From: Thermoplasmata archaeon | GTDB taxonomy: Archaea > Thermoplasmatota > Thermoplasmata > Lutacidiplasmatales > UBA184 | Reading direction: 5' to 3' | Length of the DNA: 64,000 nucleotides | Assembly: GCA_022750055.1 (NCBI GenBank) | Contig: JAKIWL010000004.1 | Span: forward strand, 36,405-100,404 | Shown here: piece after piece, positions 25,264 through 34,442 of the stretch | How the letters are laid out: each line of letters opens with the position of its first letter | How positions within the stretch are numbered: the first letter of the stretch is position 1 | Notes under the pieces: model-generated | Database searches by the model: none | What the model saw: only the letters and a program-made list of their open reading frames with translations | What the model was told of the DNA's origin: nothing | Translations under genes and position numbers: made by a program

Positions 25264-25647
25264 TCAGACCCGGCGGCCGCGCCGGCCTCCCTTGGCCTTC
25301 GTCCCGTCATGCGGGACCGGGGTGACGTCCTCGATCCGGTTGATGCGGATGCCCGCCCTAGAGAGCGCCCGGATGGCGGCCTGCGCCCCCGGGCCGGGCG
25401 ATCGAGAGCGGTTGCCGCCGGGCGCGCGCACCCGAACGTGGAGAGTGTCGTAGCCCTTCTCCTTGAGGACCGCCGCCACCTGGTCGGCAGCCTTCATCGC
25501 CGCGTACGGACTCGACTCATCCCGCGCGGCCTTCACCACCATGCCCCCCGTCGCCTTCGTCAGCGTCTCGGACCCGGTCACATCGGTCACGGTGATGTGG
25601 ATGTTGTTGTAGCTCGCGTAGATGTGCGCGATCCCGATCTTCGCCAT
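25264..25647 (-). CDS. rps11: 30S ribosomal protein uS11
   Basis: 127 aa. [18 protein letters not shown]...[18 protein letters not shown]. Confidence 0.95.
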   Translation of the reverse strand: MAKIGIAHIYASYNNIHITVTDVTGSETLTKATGGMVVKAARDESSPYAAMKAADQVAAVLKEKGYDTLHVRVRAPGGNRSRSPGPGAQAAIRALSRAGIRINRIEDVTPVPHDGTKAKGGRRGRRV

Positions 25648-25653
25648 CGCGGT

Positions 25654-26247
25654 TCACCCCACCGAGGGCGCCGGGCCTTCCGGGGCGACCGGCTCGGCTC
25701 CTCGGGCCTCGAGCTTTTCCCGCAGGGCGACCCGGATCGGGTGCTCGTCGGAGGTCACGGGACTCGTCGAAGAGTAGTTGATCCGGGCCTCGTCCGCGGC
25801 GGGGATGAAGTAGCCCGGGCGGGTCATCCGCCGTTCGCCGATGGCGAGATGGCCGTGAACGATCAACTGGCGAGCCCCGTTGGGAGTCCCCGCGAGCCCT
25901 CGTCGGACCACGATCCACTCGAACCGCCGGCTGAGGATGTCCTCGATCCCCAGGGCCAGGACATCGTCGAGGGTCGTGTCGCCCGGGGCCAGGAGGCCAA
26001 GGCGGGTCAGTCGGCCCACGAGGCCGTCGGTCTCGAGCTTCGCCTGAGCCTCGCCCGCACGAAGCCGGGCCTGTAGGTCCCGCGCCTGCCGGCGGAATCC
26101 GCGGAGGATGGCCTGCGCCTTCCAAAGCTCTCGCTTGTTCTTCAGCCCGTACTTCTGGAGGAGCTTGCGCTCCTCATCCATCCGGGCGGCTTCCCAAGGA
26201 TGCTTCGGTGCATCGTAGGTCCGCCGCAGGAACTTCGGGTCGCCCAT
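25654..26247 (-). CDS. rps4: 30S ribosomal protein uS4
   Basis: MGDPKFLRRTYDAPKHPWEAARMDEERKLLQKYGLKNKRELW. The internal ATG at 26247 lies just after the uS13 stop. The upstream part of the track ORF overlaps uS13. Confidence 0.9.
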   Translation of the reverse strand: MGDPKFLRRTYDAPKHPWEAARMDEERKLLQKYGLKNKRELWKAQAILRGFRRQARDLQARLRAGEAQAKLETDGLVGRLTRLGLLAPGDTTLDDVLALGIEDILSRRFEWIVVRRGLAGTPNGARQLIVHGHLAIGERRMTRPGYFIPAADEARINYSSTSPVTSDEHPIRVALREKLEARGAEPVAPEGPAPSVG

Positions 26248-26251
26248 CGGA

Positions 26252-27133
26252 CTAGGCCTTCTTCTCCTCGCCCTTCGCCGGGGCGGCGGCCGATTTGCCG
26301 CCGGCTCCCTTCCCGGCCGGCGCGGCGGGGGAAGCCTTCGCCGCCGTGGCGGGCGAGGCCTTGGCGCCGGACGCGGCGGGGGCGGCCGGCTTGGGGCCGG
26401 AGGCGGCGCCACCGGCCTCCTCCTCCTTGCCCTTCGCGGCGGCCGCTTCCTTGGCCGCCTTCTTCAGGACGCCAGCGGCCATTCCGGTCCGTCCGTTGGA
26501 GCGGGTCCGTTGACCTCGGACCTTCTGGCCCCGCTCGTGGCGGACGCCCCGGTAGGACCGGATCATCTTCATGCGGTTGATGTCGTCGCGGCGGGCCGTG
26601 TCAAGCTCGGGCCCGATGTTGTGGTGCGCCTCGCCGCCGACCCAATCGACCGGGTGATTGAGCATCCAGGGAGGAAGCTGTTGAGCGAGGCCCCCGAGGA
26701 TCGTCTCGAGACCCTCCACGGTCGGCTCGGGGAGATTCCCGATCATCTCGTTCGCGTTGACGTTGGCGATGCGACAGGCGACCGCCGCCATGCGAAGCCC
26801 GATGCCCCGCACGCCGGTGAGGGCGAGCGCGGTGGCCCGCTGGCCGTCGAGGTCGGAACCCGCGATCCTAACGATATATCGAAAATTCGGATTGTCGGGG
26901 ATCGGTCGAGCCTTCTTCTTACCGCTGGGCGGCCCGGCACCGGCCTTTCCGCCCTTGCCCTTCGGCTTCCCCTCGCCCCCACCCGCGTCCTTGCCGTCCT
27001 TCGACTTGGATCCCTTCTCCTTCGGACCCTTGTCCTTGCGACCCTCCTTGGGCTCCTCGGCGGCCGGCTCCTTGGCCGCCGGAGTGGCCTTCTCGTCGGC
27101 GGGAGATGGGGGGTTCTTCGGCGCCGTGCTCAC
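26252..27133 (-). CDS. rps13: 30S ribosomal protein uS13 with long low-complexity N- and C-terminal extensions
   Basis: Core (aa 81-225) FRYIVRIAGSDLDGQRATALALTGVRGIG...IRSYRGVRHERGQKVRGQRTRSNGR. It is flanked by about 80 aa of K/G/E/P-rich and 68 aa of A/K/P-rich sequence in the same ORF. No in-frame ATG/GTG/TTG lies near the core. Confidence 0.85.
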   Translation of the reverse strand: MSTAPKNPPSPADEKATPAAKEPAAEEPKEGRKDKGPKEKGSKSKDGKDAGGGEGKPKGKGGKAGAGPPSGKKKARPIPDNPNFRYIVRIAGSDLDGQRATALALTGVRGIGLRMAAVACRIANVNANEMIGNLPEPTVEGLETILGGLAQQLPPWMLNHPVDWVGGEAHHNIGPELDTARRDDINRMKMIRSYRGVRHERGQKVRGQRTRSNGRTGMAAGVLKKAAKEAAAAKGKEEEAGGAASGPKPAAPAASGAKASPATAAKASPAAPAGKGAGGKSAAAPAKGEEKKA

Positions 27134-27224
27134 CTTCTCGTTGGTTCGGACCCGCCGCGTCGAGGCTGACCGAGGGAAAGCCGTCGGCCACGGTGGGGCG
27201 CGGCCGCCGAGAAGGCTTGCCCAT

Positions 27225-27947
27225 TTAAGAGCTTCGGGGAGAACTGGGCCGAGTCGTCCTCTCCCTCGGTGAAGGCGACCGTTCGGGCCGGACCGGTGGG
27301 GTCGGAGGACCCGGAGCGCGAGGTGTCCTTGCTTCCAAGACTCGGTATCCTCCGCCGCGTCCCCGGACCTCCACCTCGGGCGACCAGTGCTCGGTGAGCC
27401 AGCGTTGATAGAATCGGATCCCCTGGCTCCCCTTCCCGACCAGGAGGAGGCGTCCGGTCGAGGTCAGATGTCGGGGGGTTTCCTCGAGGAGCGCTAGGAG
27501 GAGTTCCCGCCCGGCGTGGTACGGCGGGTTCGTCGCGATGAGGTCGAACGCTTCGTCGCGCACCGGGTCGAACCCGCTCCCGATGCGGACCTCGGCGTTC
27601 TCGATGCCGTTGTTGTGAAGGTTCGTCCGGGCCAGCTGGGCGGCGCGCCGATTGACGTCGGTCAGGACCACCCGGCCCTCGGGCGCCGCCCGTGCCGCCG
27701 CGATGCCGATCGCTCCCCATCCGCAGCCCAGGTCGAGGATCCGGTCGGCAGGCGACGGGTCGAGCGTCTCGATCAGGAGGGCCGTTCCAGGGTCGAGCGA
27801 GGACGACGCGAACACGCCGCGGTCGACGGCCATCCGTAGCCGCGTGCCCTTGTACAGGAAGTGCAACTCCCGGCGCTGCGACGGCACCCGCGGCCGTTCG
27901 CTAAAGTAGTGTTCGGTCTCGGAGGCCAAGGTCCATTCGTCCGCCAC
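27225..27947 (-). CDS. Class I SAM-dependent methyltransferase (RsmC/RlmG 'methyltransferase small' type)
   Basis: ILDLGCGWGAIGIAAA, TDVNRRAAQLARTNL, DLIATNPPYHAG. Confidence 0.75.
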   Translation of the reverse strand: MADEWTLASETEHYFSERPRVPSQRRELHFLYKGTRLRMAVDRGVFASSSLDPGTALLIETLDPSPADRILDLGCGWGAIGIAAARAAPEGRVVLTDVNRRAAQLARTNLHNNGIENAEVRIGSGFDPVRDEAFDLIATNPPYHAGRELLLALLEETPRHLTSTGRLLLVGKGSQGIRFYQRWLTEHWSPEVEVRGRGGGYRVLEARTPRAPGPPTPPVRPERSPSPRERTTRPSSPRSS

Positions 27948-27954
27948 GTCCGCC

Positions 27955-29118
27955 CTACGACCGCCGACTGAACAACCCGCTCCGACGGGAGGCGGCTTCC
28001 TTCGCCTCCGGGGCTCCGAGGGCCTCGCGGAGGAGCTCCCTCTGATGGGGGTTCAGCGATTCGGGAAGGTCGACGTGCACGGTCACGATGAGGTCCCCGC
28101 GCTCGGTGCTCCTGAGCCTCGGGAAACCCTCCCGGCGCAACCGGAAGCGCGTTTCGGGCTGGGTCCCGGCGGGGACCGTCAGGATGGCCTGGCCGGTGAT
28201 CGTGTTCACCCGCGTCTGACCGCCGAAGATCGCGAGCGACAGGCCGACGTGGGTCTCCGTATAGGCGTCCTGGCCTTCTCGGTGGATCGACGGCAGGGGC
28301 TCGAGCAGGACCTGAACGAAGAGGTCCCCGGGGGGTCCGGAACCGTCGGCCGGCACCCCCTGATGGGCCAGGCGGAGCACGGCGCCGTCCTCGATCCCCG
28401 GCGGGACCTCTACCTTGAGCTTCTTCACCCGACGGATGATCCCGGTCGCGTCGCAGTTCGGGCAGGGTTCCCGGATCCGCTGGCCGGAGCCGTGGCACAT
28501 CGGGCACTCGAGGATCGTGATGAGCTGGCTGAACCCGCGACTCTGGGATCGGCGGACCTGCCCCCGTCCGTCGCACTCCGGGCATTTCTCCAGGGCCGTT
28601 CCCCTCAGGGCGCCCGTGCCCTTGCAGTCCGGACATCGCAAGGTGGCGGGCACCTCGAGCGTGGGCTCCGCTCCCGTCACCGCGGCCGAGACCGGTAAGC
28701 GAACGGAGACCTCCACGTCGCTCCCCCGCGTCGGGATGCCCGATCGGCGACCGACGGGACGGCCGAAGAGTCCCTCCGGAAGCCCGCCGCCGAACAGGTT
28801 CTGGAAGAAGTCGGTCGACCCGAGCAGGTCCTCCAGGTCCTGTGCGTGAGTGAAGTTCTGCCAGCTGAATCCGCCGGGTCCGAAATCCTGCTGGACGCCG
28901 GTGAACCCGAGCTGGTCGTAGCGCGCCCGCTTGGCCGGATCGACCAGGACCTCGTACGCCTCGGAGAGCTCCTTGAACTTCTCCTCGGCGCCTTTCGTGT
29001 TATCCTTGTTCATGTCCGGGTGATGCTGCCGAGCGAGGCGCCGGTAGGCGGATTTCACCTCGTCCGGGCCGGAGTTCCGGGGTACGCCGAGCACCTCGTA
29101 GTAGTCGCGCTTCGCCAT
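27955..29118 (-). CDS. dnaJ: Chaperone DnaJ (type I, with 4 CxxCxGxG zinc-finger repeats)
   Basis: [35 protein letters not shown]. Repeats [32 protein letters not shown]. Confidence 0.9.
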   Translation of the reverse strand: MAKRDYYEVLGVPRNSGPDEVKSAYRRLARQHHPDMNKDNTKGAEEKFKELSEAYEVLVDPAKRARYDQLGFTGVQQDFGPGGFSWQNFTHAQDLEDLLGSTDFFQNLFGGGLPEGLFGRPVGRRSGIPTRGSDVEVSVRLPVSAAVTGAEPTLEVPATLRCPDCKGTGALRGTALEKCPECDGRGQVRRSQSRGFSQLITILECPMCHGSGQRIREPCPNCDATGIIRRVKKLKVEVPPGIEDGAVLRLAHQGVPADGSGPPGDLFVQVLLEPLPSIHREGQDAYTETHVGLSLAIFGGQTRVNTITGQAILTVPAGTQPETRFRLRREGFPRLRSTERGDLIVTVHVDLPESLNPHQRELLREALGAPEAKEAASRRSGLFSRRS

Positions 29119-29178
29119 GCCTTTGCGTCCGTTGGACCGGTCGAACCCCACCTGGCCGAGGCAGTAATTATCGATATC

Positions 29179-29970
29179 TCAGTCGCAGAGCTCGATCGTC
29201 ACGGTGGCCCCGGTCCCCGCCCGGTACCGCCGGGCGGCACTGCCTTCTCGAACGCTCAGTTCAAGGAGCCCAAAGCTCGAGACGAGGAGCATGGCGTTTC
29301 CCTTGGTCCCGTCTTCGTAGGTCCTCCGGCGAACGAGGCGTGCGGGCTTGCCGAGGCCGACGCGCACTCGGAGCGTCGTCCCCTCCGGGCCGGTGAGCGA
29401 CGGAGCGATGTCGGTGATCAGGTTGCCGAACCGGTCGACGTGCACGACGTGCCCCCGAACGCCTCTCGCCGTGGAGCGAGGGGGCGGGGGGGAGCGGCGA
29501 GTGAGGGTCGTCGTCGGACCCAGGGCCTGGATCCGGGTTCCCCGGGCGAGCCGCCCGGCCGCCGGCGCGAAGAGGTCCCGCCCGTCGAACGTGGGGCTGG
29601 ACGTGCGGGACGCAGCGAAGCGTTCCCGTTCGATCCGCACGACCCGTCGGATGCCGAGGAACTCCGCGAGGGGTGCGAGGAGCCCATTGTCCGGACCGAC
29701 GAGGTAGCTACCCTCCCGGCACTCGACCGCGACCGGCGCCCGCGCGCCACCGACCCCCGGGTCGACGACCGCGAGATGCACCGTGCCCGGGGGGAAGGTG
29801 GCCCCCATGTGGCGAAGCAGGAAGGCCGCCTCCTCGACCCGGTGGGGCGCGAGGTCGTCGGCCAGGTCGACGATCGAACCCCTGGGCAAGGTGCGGCTGA
29901 GCACCCCCTTCATCTGGGCCGCATACGGCTGGCCCGCGTCGGTCGTCAACGTGACGAGGCGGCTTCGCAT
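29179..29970 (-). CDS. SAM hydroxide adenosyltransferase family protein (DUF62; fluorinase/chlorinase-like)
   Basis: 263 aa. LTTDAGQPYAAQMKGV, VHLAVVDPGVGGARAP, VGPDNGLLAP, VVHVDRFGNLITD. Confidence 0.75.
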   Translation of the reverse strand: MRSRLVTLTTDAGQPYAAQMKGVLSRTLPRGSIVDLADDLAPHRVEEAAFLLRHMGATFPPGTVHLAVVDPGVGGARAPVAVECREGSYLVGPDNGLLAPLAEFLGIRRVVRIERERFAASRTSSPTFDGRDLFAPAAGRLARGTRIQALGPTTTLTRRSPPPPRSTARGVRGHVVHVDRFGNLITDIAPSLTGPEGTTLRVRVGLGKPARLVRRRTYEDGTKGNAMLLVSSFGLLELSVREGSAARRYRAGTGATVTIELCD

Positions 29971-30004
29971 GCCGGCCCTCCCGGCGTGGCGACCCGGTCG
30001 GGTC

Positions 30005-30325
30005 CTACGACTTCATGATCGCCACGAGGAAGATGGCGATCGCGGCGAGGGCGCCGGCGACGGCGGCGATGATGACGAGGAGCGACTCCTCGACGAGGGT
30101 CGTGAGGCCGCTCGTCGACGTGTGGTACCAGTATGCCGTCAGGACGCCGACCACGACCCCGACGACCAGGAGCACGACCCCGATGGTTCGGCTCTTTCCG
30201 CTTCCGAAGTAGGCCGTGAAGATCCCGGCCAGGATCAAGAACAGCCCGAAGACGAGGAGCAGGATGGCCCCGAACTGTGAAAACCCTACGCTCAGCGTTG
30301 CGTCGCCCAAGATGGTATCGATCAT
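30005..30325 (-). CDS. Small integral membrane protein (3-4 TM)
   Basis: 106 aa, almost entirely hydrophobic helices. No family recognised. Confidence 0.45.
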   Translation of the reverse strand: MIDTILGDATLSVGFSQFGAILLLVFGLFLILAGIFTAYFGSGKSRTIGVVLLVVGVVVGVLTAYWYHTSTSGLTTLVEESLLVIIAAVAGALAAIAIFLVAIMKS

Positions 30326-30339
30326 CCGTCCGTCCCCTT

Positions 30340-30582
30340 TCAGAACTTGATGCCGGTCAACGTCTTCGTGTCGATCACGCCGGGAACGGCGCGGATCTTG
30401 TCCACGACGAGCTGGCCGAGCGCGTTGAAGTCGTCGGCCTCCACCTTGGCGATGAGGTCGTACTCGCCGAAGAGCGGATGGAGTTCGACGATCCCCTTGA
30501 CGCGAAGCAATTCGGTGTATACCTCATGCTCCTTCGCGGGAGCCGTGCTGATGAGGACAAAGCCGATTGCCAACGAGCCCAC
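30340..30582 (-). CDS. Stand-alone Lrp/AsnC ligand-binding (RAM) domain protein
   Basis: 80 aa. AFVLI-type beta-alpha-beta-beta-alpha-beta pattern: IGFVLISTAP...VYTELLRVKGIVELHPLFGEYDLIAKVEA...IRAVPGVIDTKT. A TTTATAA box lies about 30 nt upstream. Confidence 0.65.
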   Translation of the reverse strand: MGSLAIGFVLISTAPAKEHEVYTELLRVKGIVELHPLFGEYDLIAKVEADDFNALGQLVVDKIRAVPGVIDTKTLTGIKF

Positions 30583-30715
30583 CTGTTCTGACGAGCGCGT
30601 GACACGCCCCTTCCTTTATAAGCGTTATTGAACGGAACGCGCGCCACCGTCACAGTTTCACTTCCGCCGTCGTCCCTTTTAGTCTCACGGTGACGTCGCG
30701 CCGGCCGGACGGCCG

Positions 30716-32107
30716 ATGGAACACTTCGTATCCACGCGGCCAAATCGGCTCGTCTCGCGGCCGTGGCTCGTCGCGTTCGTACCCATCAACGCGGCGACCT
30801 CCGGCTTCGGAGTGGCCCTCCCGCTGTTGATCTTGATCACCCTGCACGGGGCCTGGACCGATGTGGCCCTGGCGGCCGCCCTGTTCAACAGCGCGGTCAT
30901 CGTCGCGTCGATGGTCTGGGGCTGGGTGGCCGACCACTTCCCCACCCGACGACGCTTGCTCCTGCTCAACTACCTGGGATTCGGGGTCATCTACCTCGCC
31001 CTCGGCGGGATCCACGAGCACGGTCAGCTGCCGGTCCTGTACGCCCTCTATACCGCCGTCGGCTTCCTCGCGCCGGCAGGGGCGAGCGCATCCAACCTGC
31101 TCATCCTGGAGACCTTCCCGGCCTGGGAACGACCCAGCGCCTACGCCTCCTTCCAGCTGATGAGCATCGTCGGCGGGATCGCCGGGTTGCTGGCGGGGGT
31201 GGTCTGGCTCGATGCGCATCTCGCCCTGCCCCCGTTCCTGTACGTGATCGCCGCGCTCTCCTTCGCGAGCGTGGCCGCGGTCTGGTGGGGCGTCCAGGAT
31301 TCCCTCCACCCGAAGACCACGGCCCACGTCGCGCTTCACCTCGACAGCCTGTCTTCCCGAGTGCGTCACATCGCCTCGTGGAAGATGAGCTTCCCGTTCT
31401 TTCCCCACCGTCCGGACCTGTCCCGGCAGGGATGGGTCCGACTCCGTCGGTGGGTCCGGGAGGAGGCCCACCACGAGCTGCCGCTCATCCTCGCCGCCTC
31501 CTTCCTATTCAACCTGACCTCCAACCTGTTCAACATCTCCTATACCCCGTACCTGTACGCCGTCGGCCTGAGCGCGGCATCGATCTTCGTCGTCAACCTC
31601 GCCAACAACACCGCCCAGGCGATCGTCTATCCATCGAGCGGCGCGCTCACGACTAGCAGCGGGGCCGATCGGCTCGTCCACGACTCCACGTACGGACGCA
31701 GCCTTGGGTACCTTGCCGTCGCAGGGTTCACCCTCGTGCCGCTCTCGGTCGTCGTCTCGTACGTCTCCAACCTCGTGGCCTTCGGGGTCCTCGGAGCGGC
31801 GATCGCGTTCTACTCGACGGCGTCGGGGATCATCCTTTTTCGCGCGCTCGAGGGGCGCGATGCCGGAACGCTCCTCGGGATCAACAGCGCCCTGGGCGGG
31901 ATCGCCGCGATCGCCGGGGCGGTGCTATCGGGCGTCCTCTCCGTCTTCGGAAGCTTCCGCCTGGTCTTCCTGATCTCGGCGGGAGGTCTGCTCGTCTCCC
32001 TGCCACTCTGGTCGGCCGCGGCGGTGGTCTACGCACGCCACCACGCGGTCCCTCCCGTCGCGGCCGGACCCGCCGGAGCGCCGAGCGGGCCCGCGAAAAT
32101 GGGTTAA
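30716..32107 (+). CDS. MFS transporter
   Basis: 463 aa with about 12 TM segments. Confidence 0.75.
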   Translation: MEHFVSTRPNRLVSRPWLVAFVPINAATSGFGVALPLLILITLHGAWTDVALAAALFNSAVIVASMVWGWVADHFPTRRRLLLLNYLGFGVIYLALGGIHEHGQLPVLYALYTAVGFLAPAGASASNLLILETFPAWERPSAYASFQLMSIVGGIAGLLAGVVWLDAHLALPPFLYVIAALSFASVAAVWWGVQDSLHPKTTAHVALHLDSLSSRVRHIASWKMSFPFFPHRPDLSRQGWVRLRRWVREEAHHELPLILAASFLFNLTSNLFNISYTPYLYAVGLSAASIFVVNLANNTAQAIVYPSSGALTTSSGADRLVHDSTYGRSLGYLAVAGFTLVPLSVVVSYVSNLVAFGVLGAAIAFYSTASGIILFRALEGRDAGTLLGINSALGGIAAIAGAVLSGVLSVFGSFRLVFLISAGGLLVSLPLWSAAAVVYARHHAVPPVAAGPAGAPSGPAKMG

Positions 32108-32156
32108 CCTGGACGTCGCTGGGGGCGCCGGCCTTTCGGGCCGCGGGGGGTAAACG

Positions 32157-33284
32157 GTGTCCGCCGGAGAGGTTCAGCGCGGCCTCGAAGACGTCGTCGC
32201 GCTCGAGTCGCAGATCTGCTTCATCGACGGGGCCCAGGGTCGGCTGATCTACCACGGCTACGACATCCGCGAGCTCGCCGAGCACTCGACGTTCGAGGAG
32301 GTCGCGTACCTGCTCTGGTACGGACGGCTCCCCACGACCCATCAGCTGGACGAGCTGCGCAAGCGGCTCGCCTCGCTTCGGGCGCTGCCCGACCCCGTGG
32401 TCCGCATCCTCCACGAGACCCCTCCGTCGGCCAACGCGATGGACGTCCTCCGAACCGCCGTATCGGCGCTGGCCCTCTTCGAGCCGGCGGAGACCCAGCC
32501 CGGAGCGAGCTCGATCGGAGGGGCGCAACGGCTCACGGCGGTCCTGCCCACGATCCTCGGCCATTTCCATCGGGGCCGCCTCGGACTTTCCCCGCCCGAC
32601 CCGTCGCCGGACCTGTCGCATGCGGCGTGGATCCTGAACGCGATCCGAGGCACCGAGGCGAGCGAGCTCGAGGTGAAGGGCATGGACGTCGCGCTCATCC
32701 TGCACGCCGACCACGAGCTCAATGCCTCGACGTTCGCCGCGCGGGTCACCGCCTCGACGCTGTCGGACCTGTACTCCGCCGTGACGAGCGCGATCGGGAC
32801 GCTCAAGGGCCCGCTTCACGGCGGCGCGAACGAACGGGTGATGGAGCTGCTCGACGAGATCGGGACGCCACCACGTGCGGAGGAGGTCGTGAAGTCGAAG
32901 CTTTCCCGCCACGAGCGGATCATGGGGTTCGGTCACCGGGTCTACAAGGTCGAAGACCCTCGGGCGACGATCCTGCGGGAGTGGTCCCGGCGCATCGGTC
33001 AGGCCAAGGGGAACTTGAAGTTCTATGACCTCCTGCGGAGCGTCGAGCAGGTCGTGCACACCGAGAAGGGACTCTACCCGAACGTCGACCTGTACTCGGG
33101 ATCGGTCTACACCCTCCTCGGGATCCCGCGGGACCTGTTCACGCCGCTCTTCGCGTCGAGCCGCGTCGTCGGGTGGACCGCCCACGTCCTCGAGGAGTAC
33201 CAGGATCTGCGGCTGATCCGGCCGACCGCCCGCTACGTCGGCCCGACCGACCTCGCCTACGTGCCGCTCGAAAAGCGCGGGTAG
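32157..33284 (+). CDS. gltA: Citrate synthase
   Basis: 375 aa from a GTG start after a G-rich RBS. CFIDGAQGRLIYHGYDIRELAE, LILHADHELNASTF, GPLHGGANE, MGFGHRVYK. Confidence 0.9.
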   Translation: MSAGEVQRGLEDVVALESQICFIDGAQGRLIYHGYDIRELAEHSTFEEVAYLLWYGRLPTTHQLDELRKRLASLRALPDPVVRILHETPPSANAMDVLRTAVSALALFEPAETQPGASSIGGAQRLTAVLPTILGHFHRGRLGLSPPDPSPDLSHAAWILNAIRGTEASELEVKGMDVALILHADHELNASTFAARVTASTLSDLYSAVTSAIGTLKGPLHGGANERVMELLDEIGTPPRAEEVVKSKLSRHERIMGFGHRVYKVEDPRATILREWSRRIGQAKGNLKFYDLLRSVEQVVHTEKGLYPNVDLYSGSVYTLLGIPRDLFTPLFASSRVVGWTAHVLEEYQDLRLIRPTARYVGPTDLAYVPLEKRG

Positions 33285-33687
33285 GCCCGGCGCGCTCCCC
33301 CCGGACCCGAACGACGCTCATGAGCGGATAGCGAAGGTCCGCCCGGGGGCGAAGCGTCGCGGTCACTTCGGTCCGGCCGTCGGAGAGCGTCACGGTGGCA
33401 TGGATCATCTCGGCGGTCAGGTAGCGGTACCGGAATCGCCCGCGTCCCATCGGAGAGCCCTTCGCGGGGTCGATGCGGACCCGAACGGAACGGACGTACG
33501 GCTGCAGACGAAGGGCCGATCCGATGGCCCGCGCGAGACCGGTCGAGGTCCGGGCGGAGACCGGCGTGCCGAGGTACTGGTGGAAGAGTCCCCCCAGCTT
33601 GATCCCCGCCTCGAAGAGCAACGCCTCCCGGTCGCTCAGATGCGCCCGATGGATCGACGCCGGACCGTCTGGCGCTCTCGCGTTCAC
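33139..33687 (-). CDS. mptD: Dihydroneopterin aldolase MptD-like protein (COG2098) with an unusual C-terminal tail
   Basis: LLFEAGIKLGGLFHQYLGTPVS, LQPYVRSVRV and YPLMSVVRV match the recalled MptD pattern. The GTG at 33687 overlaps the pssA TGA (GTGA). The 60-aa Arg-rich tail overlaps the citrate synthase 3' end. Confidence 0.5.
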   Translation of the reverse strand: MNARAPDGPASIHRAHLSDREALLFEAGIKLGGLFHQYLGTPVSARTSTGLARAIGSALRLQPYVRSVRVRIDPAKGSPMGRGRFRYRYLTAEMIHATVTLSDGRTEVTATLRPRADLRYPLMSVVRVRGERAGPTRAFRAARRRGRSGRRSGRSAGSAADPGTPRGRGRSTRRRGSTRRAA

Positions 33688-34442
33688 GGGACCCCCGGCG
33701 TGGGAGCCGCGAGGGCCCGGGGGACCGTCCACGGTCCGACGATGTAGTAGGCCGCGATGCCGACCGTGGCGACGGCCGCCGAGAGGAGGGCCAGATCGTA
33801 GAGCGCCGTGCCCCGGTCCGGCCCGAATTGGAGGGGGAGCAGCGTCGTGACGAGGGCGACGCCGGTCGCTGCCATCGGCCAGCGCAGCCAGGTCCCCTTT
33901 CGCATCTTCGGGAATGGGATAGGGACGACCATCAGCAAAGAGAGGCCGACCGCGCCGAGGAGCACCGCCGCCGGTTGGGTCCCGAGGAAGGCGGGAACGT
34001 CGAAGACGAGCACGAGGACCACCACCCCGAGCGCGTTCTGCGGGGTGGGCGCCCCGAGGAAGTCCGGATGGGCGTACCCGCGCACCGTGAACCACGCTAG
34101 GCGGGTCAGCGCGAGCACACCGACGACGGCGGCGGCCAGGAGGCTCCCTTCAGAATACGGGGCCCACAAAGCGGCGTGGTATGGGTGGTAGGCGAGGAGG
34201 GTAGCCGGGGCGATCCCGAAGGTCACCGCGTCGGACAGCGAGTCCGCGACCCGCCCGAATTGGGTCCCGGGGAGGCCGCTGCGTCGGTGAAGCCAACCGT
34301 CCAGCCCGTCGAACCCGATCCCCGAAACGATCAGGAGCATCGCCCAGAGCTGATTGCCGGCGAGGACGTAGAGGACGGCGCCGACTCCGACCGCCCCGTT
34401 GGCGAGGGTGGCCAGATTCGCCCAGAGTCCCGTGCGACGCAT
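33684..34442 (-). CDS. pssA: CDP-alcohol phosphatidyltransferase (archaetidylserine synthase-like)
   Basis: DGLDGWLHRRSGLPGTQFGRVADSLSDAV fits DGx2ARx8Gx3Dx3D. Multiple TM helices. Confidence 0.8.
   Translation of the reverse strand: MRRTGLWANLATLANGAVGVGAVLYVLAGNQLWAMLLIVSGIGFDGLDGWLHRRSGLPGTQFGRVADSLSDAVTFGIAPATLLAYHPYHAALWAPYSEGSLLAAAVVGVLALTRLAWFTVRGYAHPDFLGAPTPQNALGVVVLVLVFDVPAFLGTQPAAVLLGAVGLSLLMVVPIPFPKMRKGTWLRWPMAATGVALVTTLLPLQFGPDRGTALYDLALLSAAVATVGIAAYYIVGPWTVPRALAAPTPGVP

Noticed and set aside
27165-27200. RNase P RNA CR-I-like string GAGGGAAAGCCGUC, together with an ACAGAAACCCGG CR-V-like string at about 37017..37028.
   Set aside because: The two strings are 10 kb apart, each deviates from the consensus (GGAAAGUCC / ACAGAAxxCGGCUUA), and neither spacer is long enough or has the other conserved regions.
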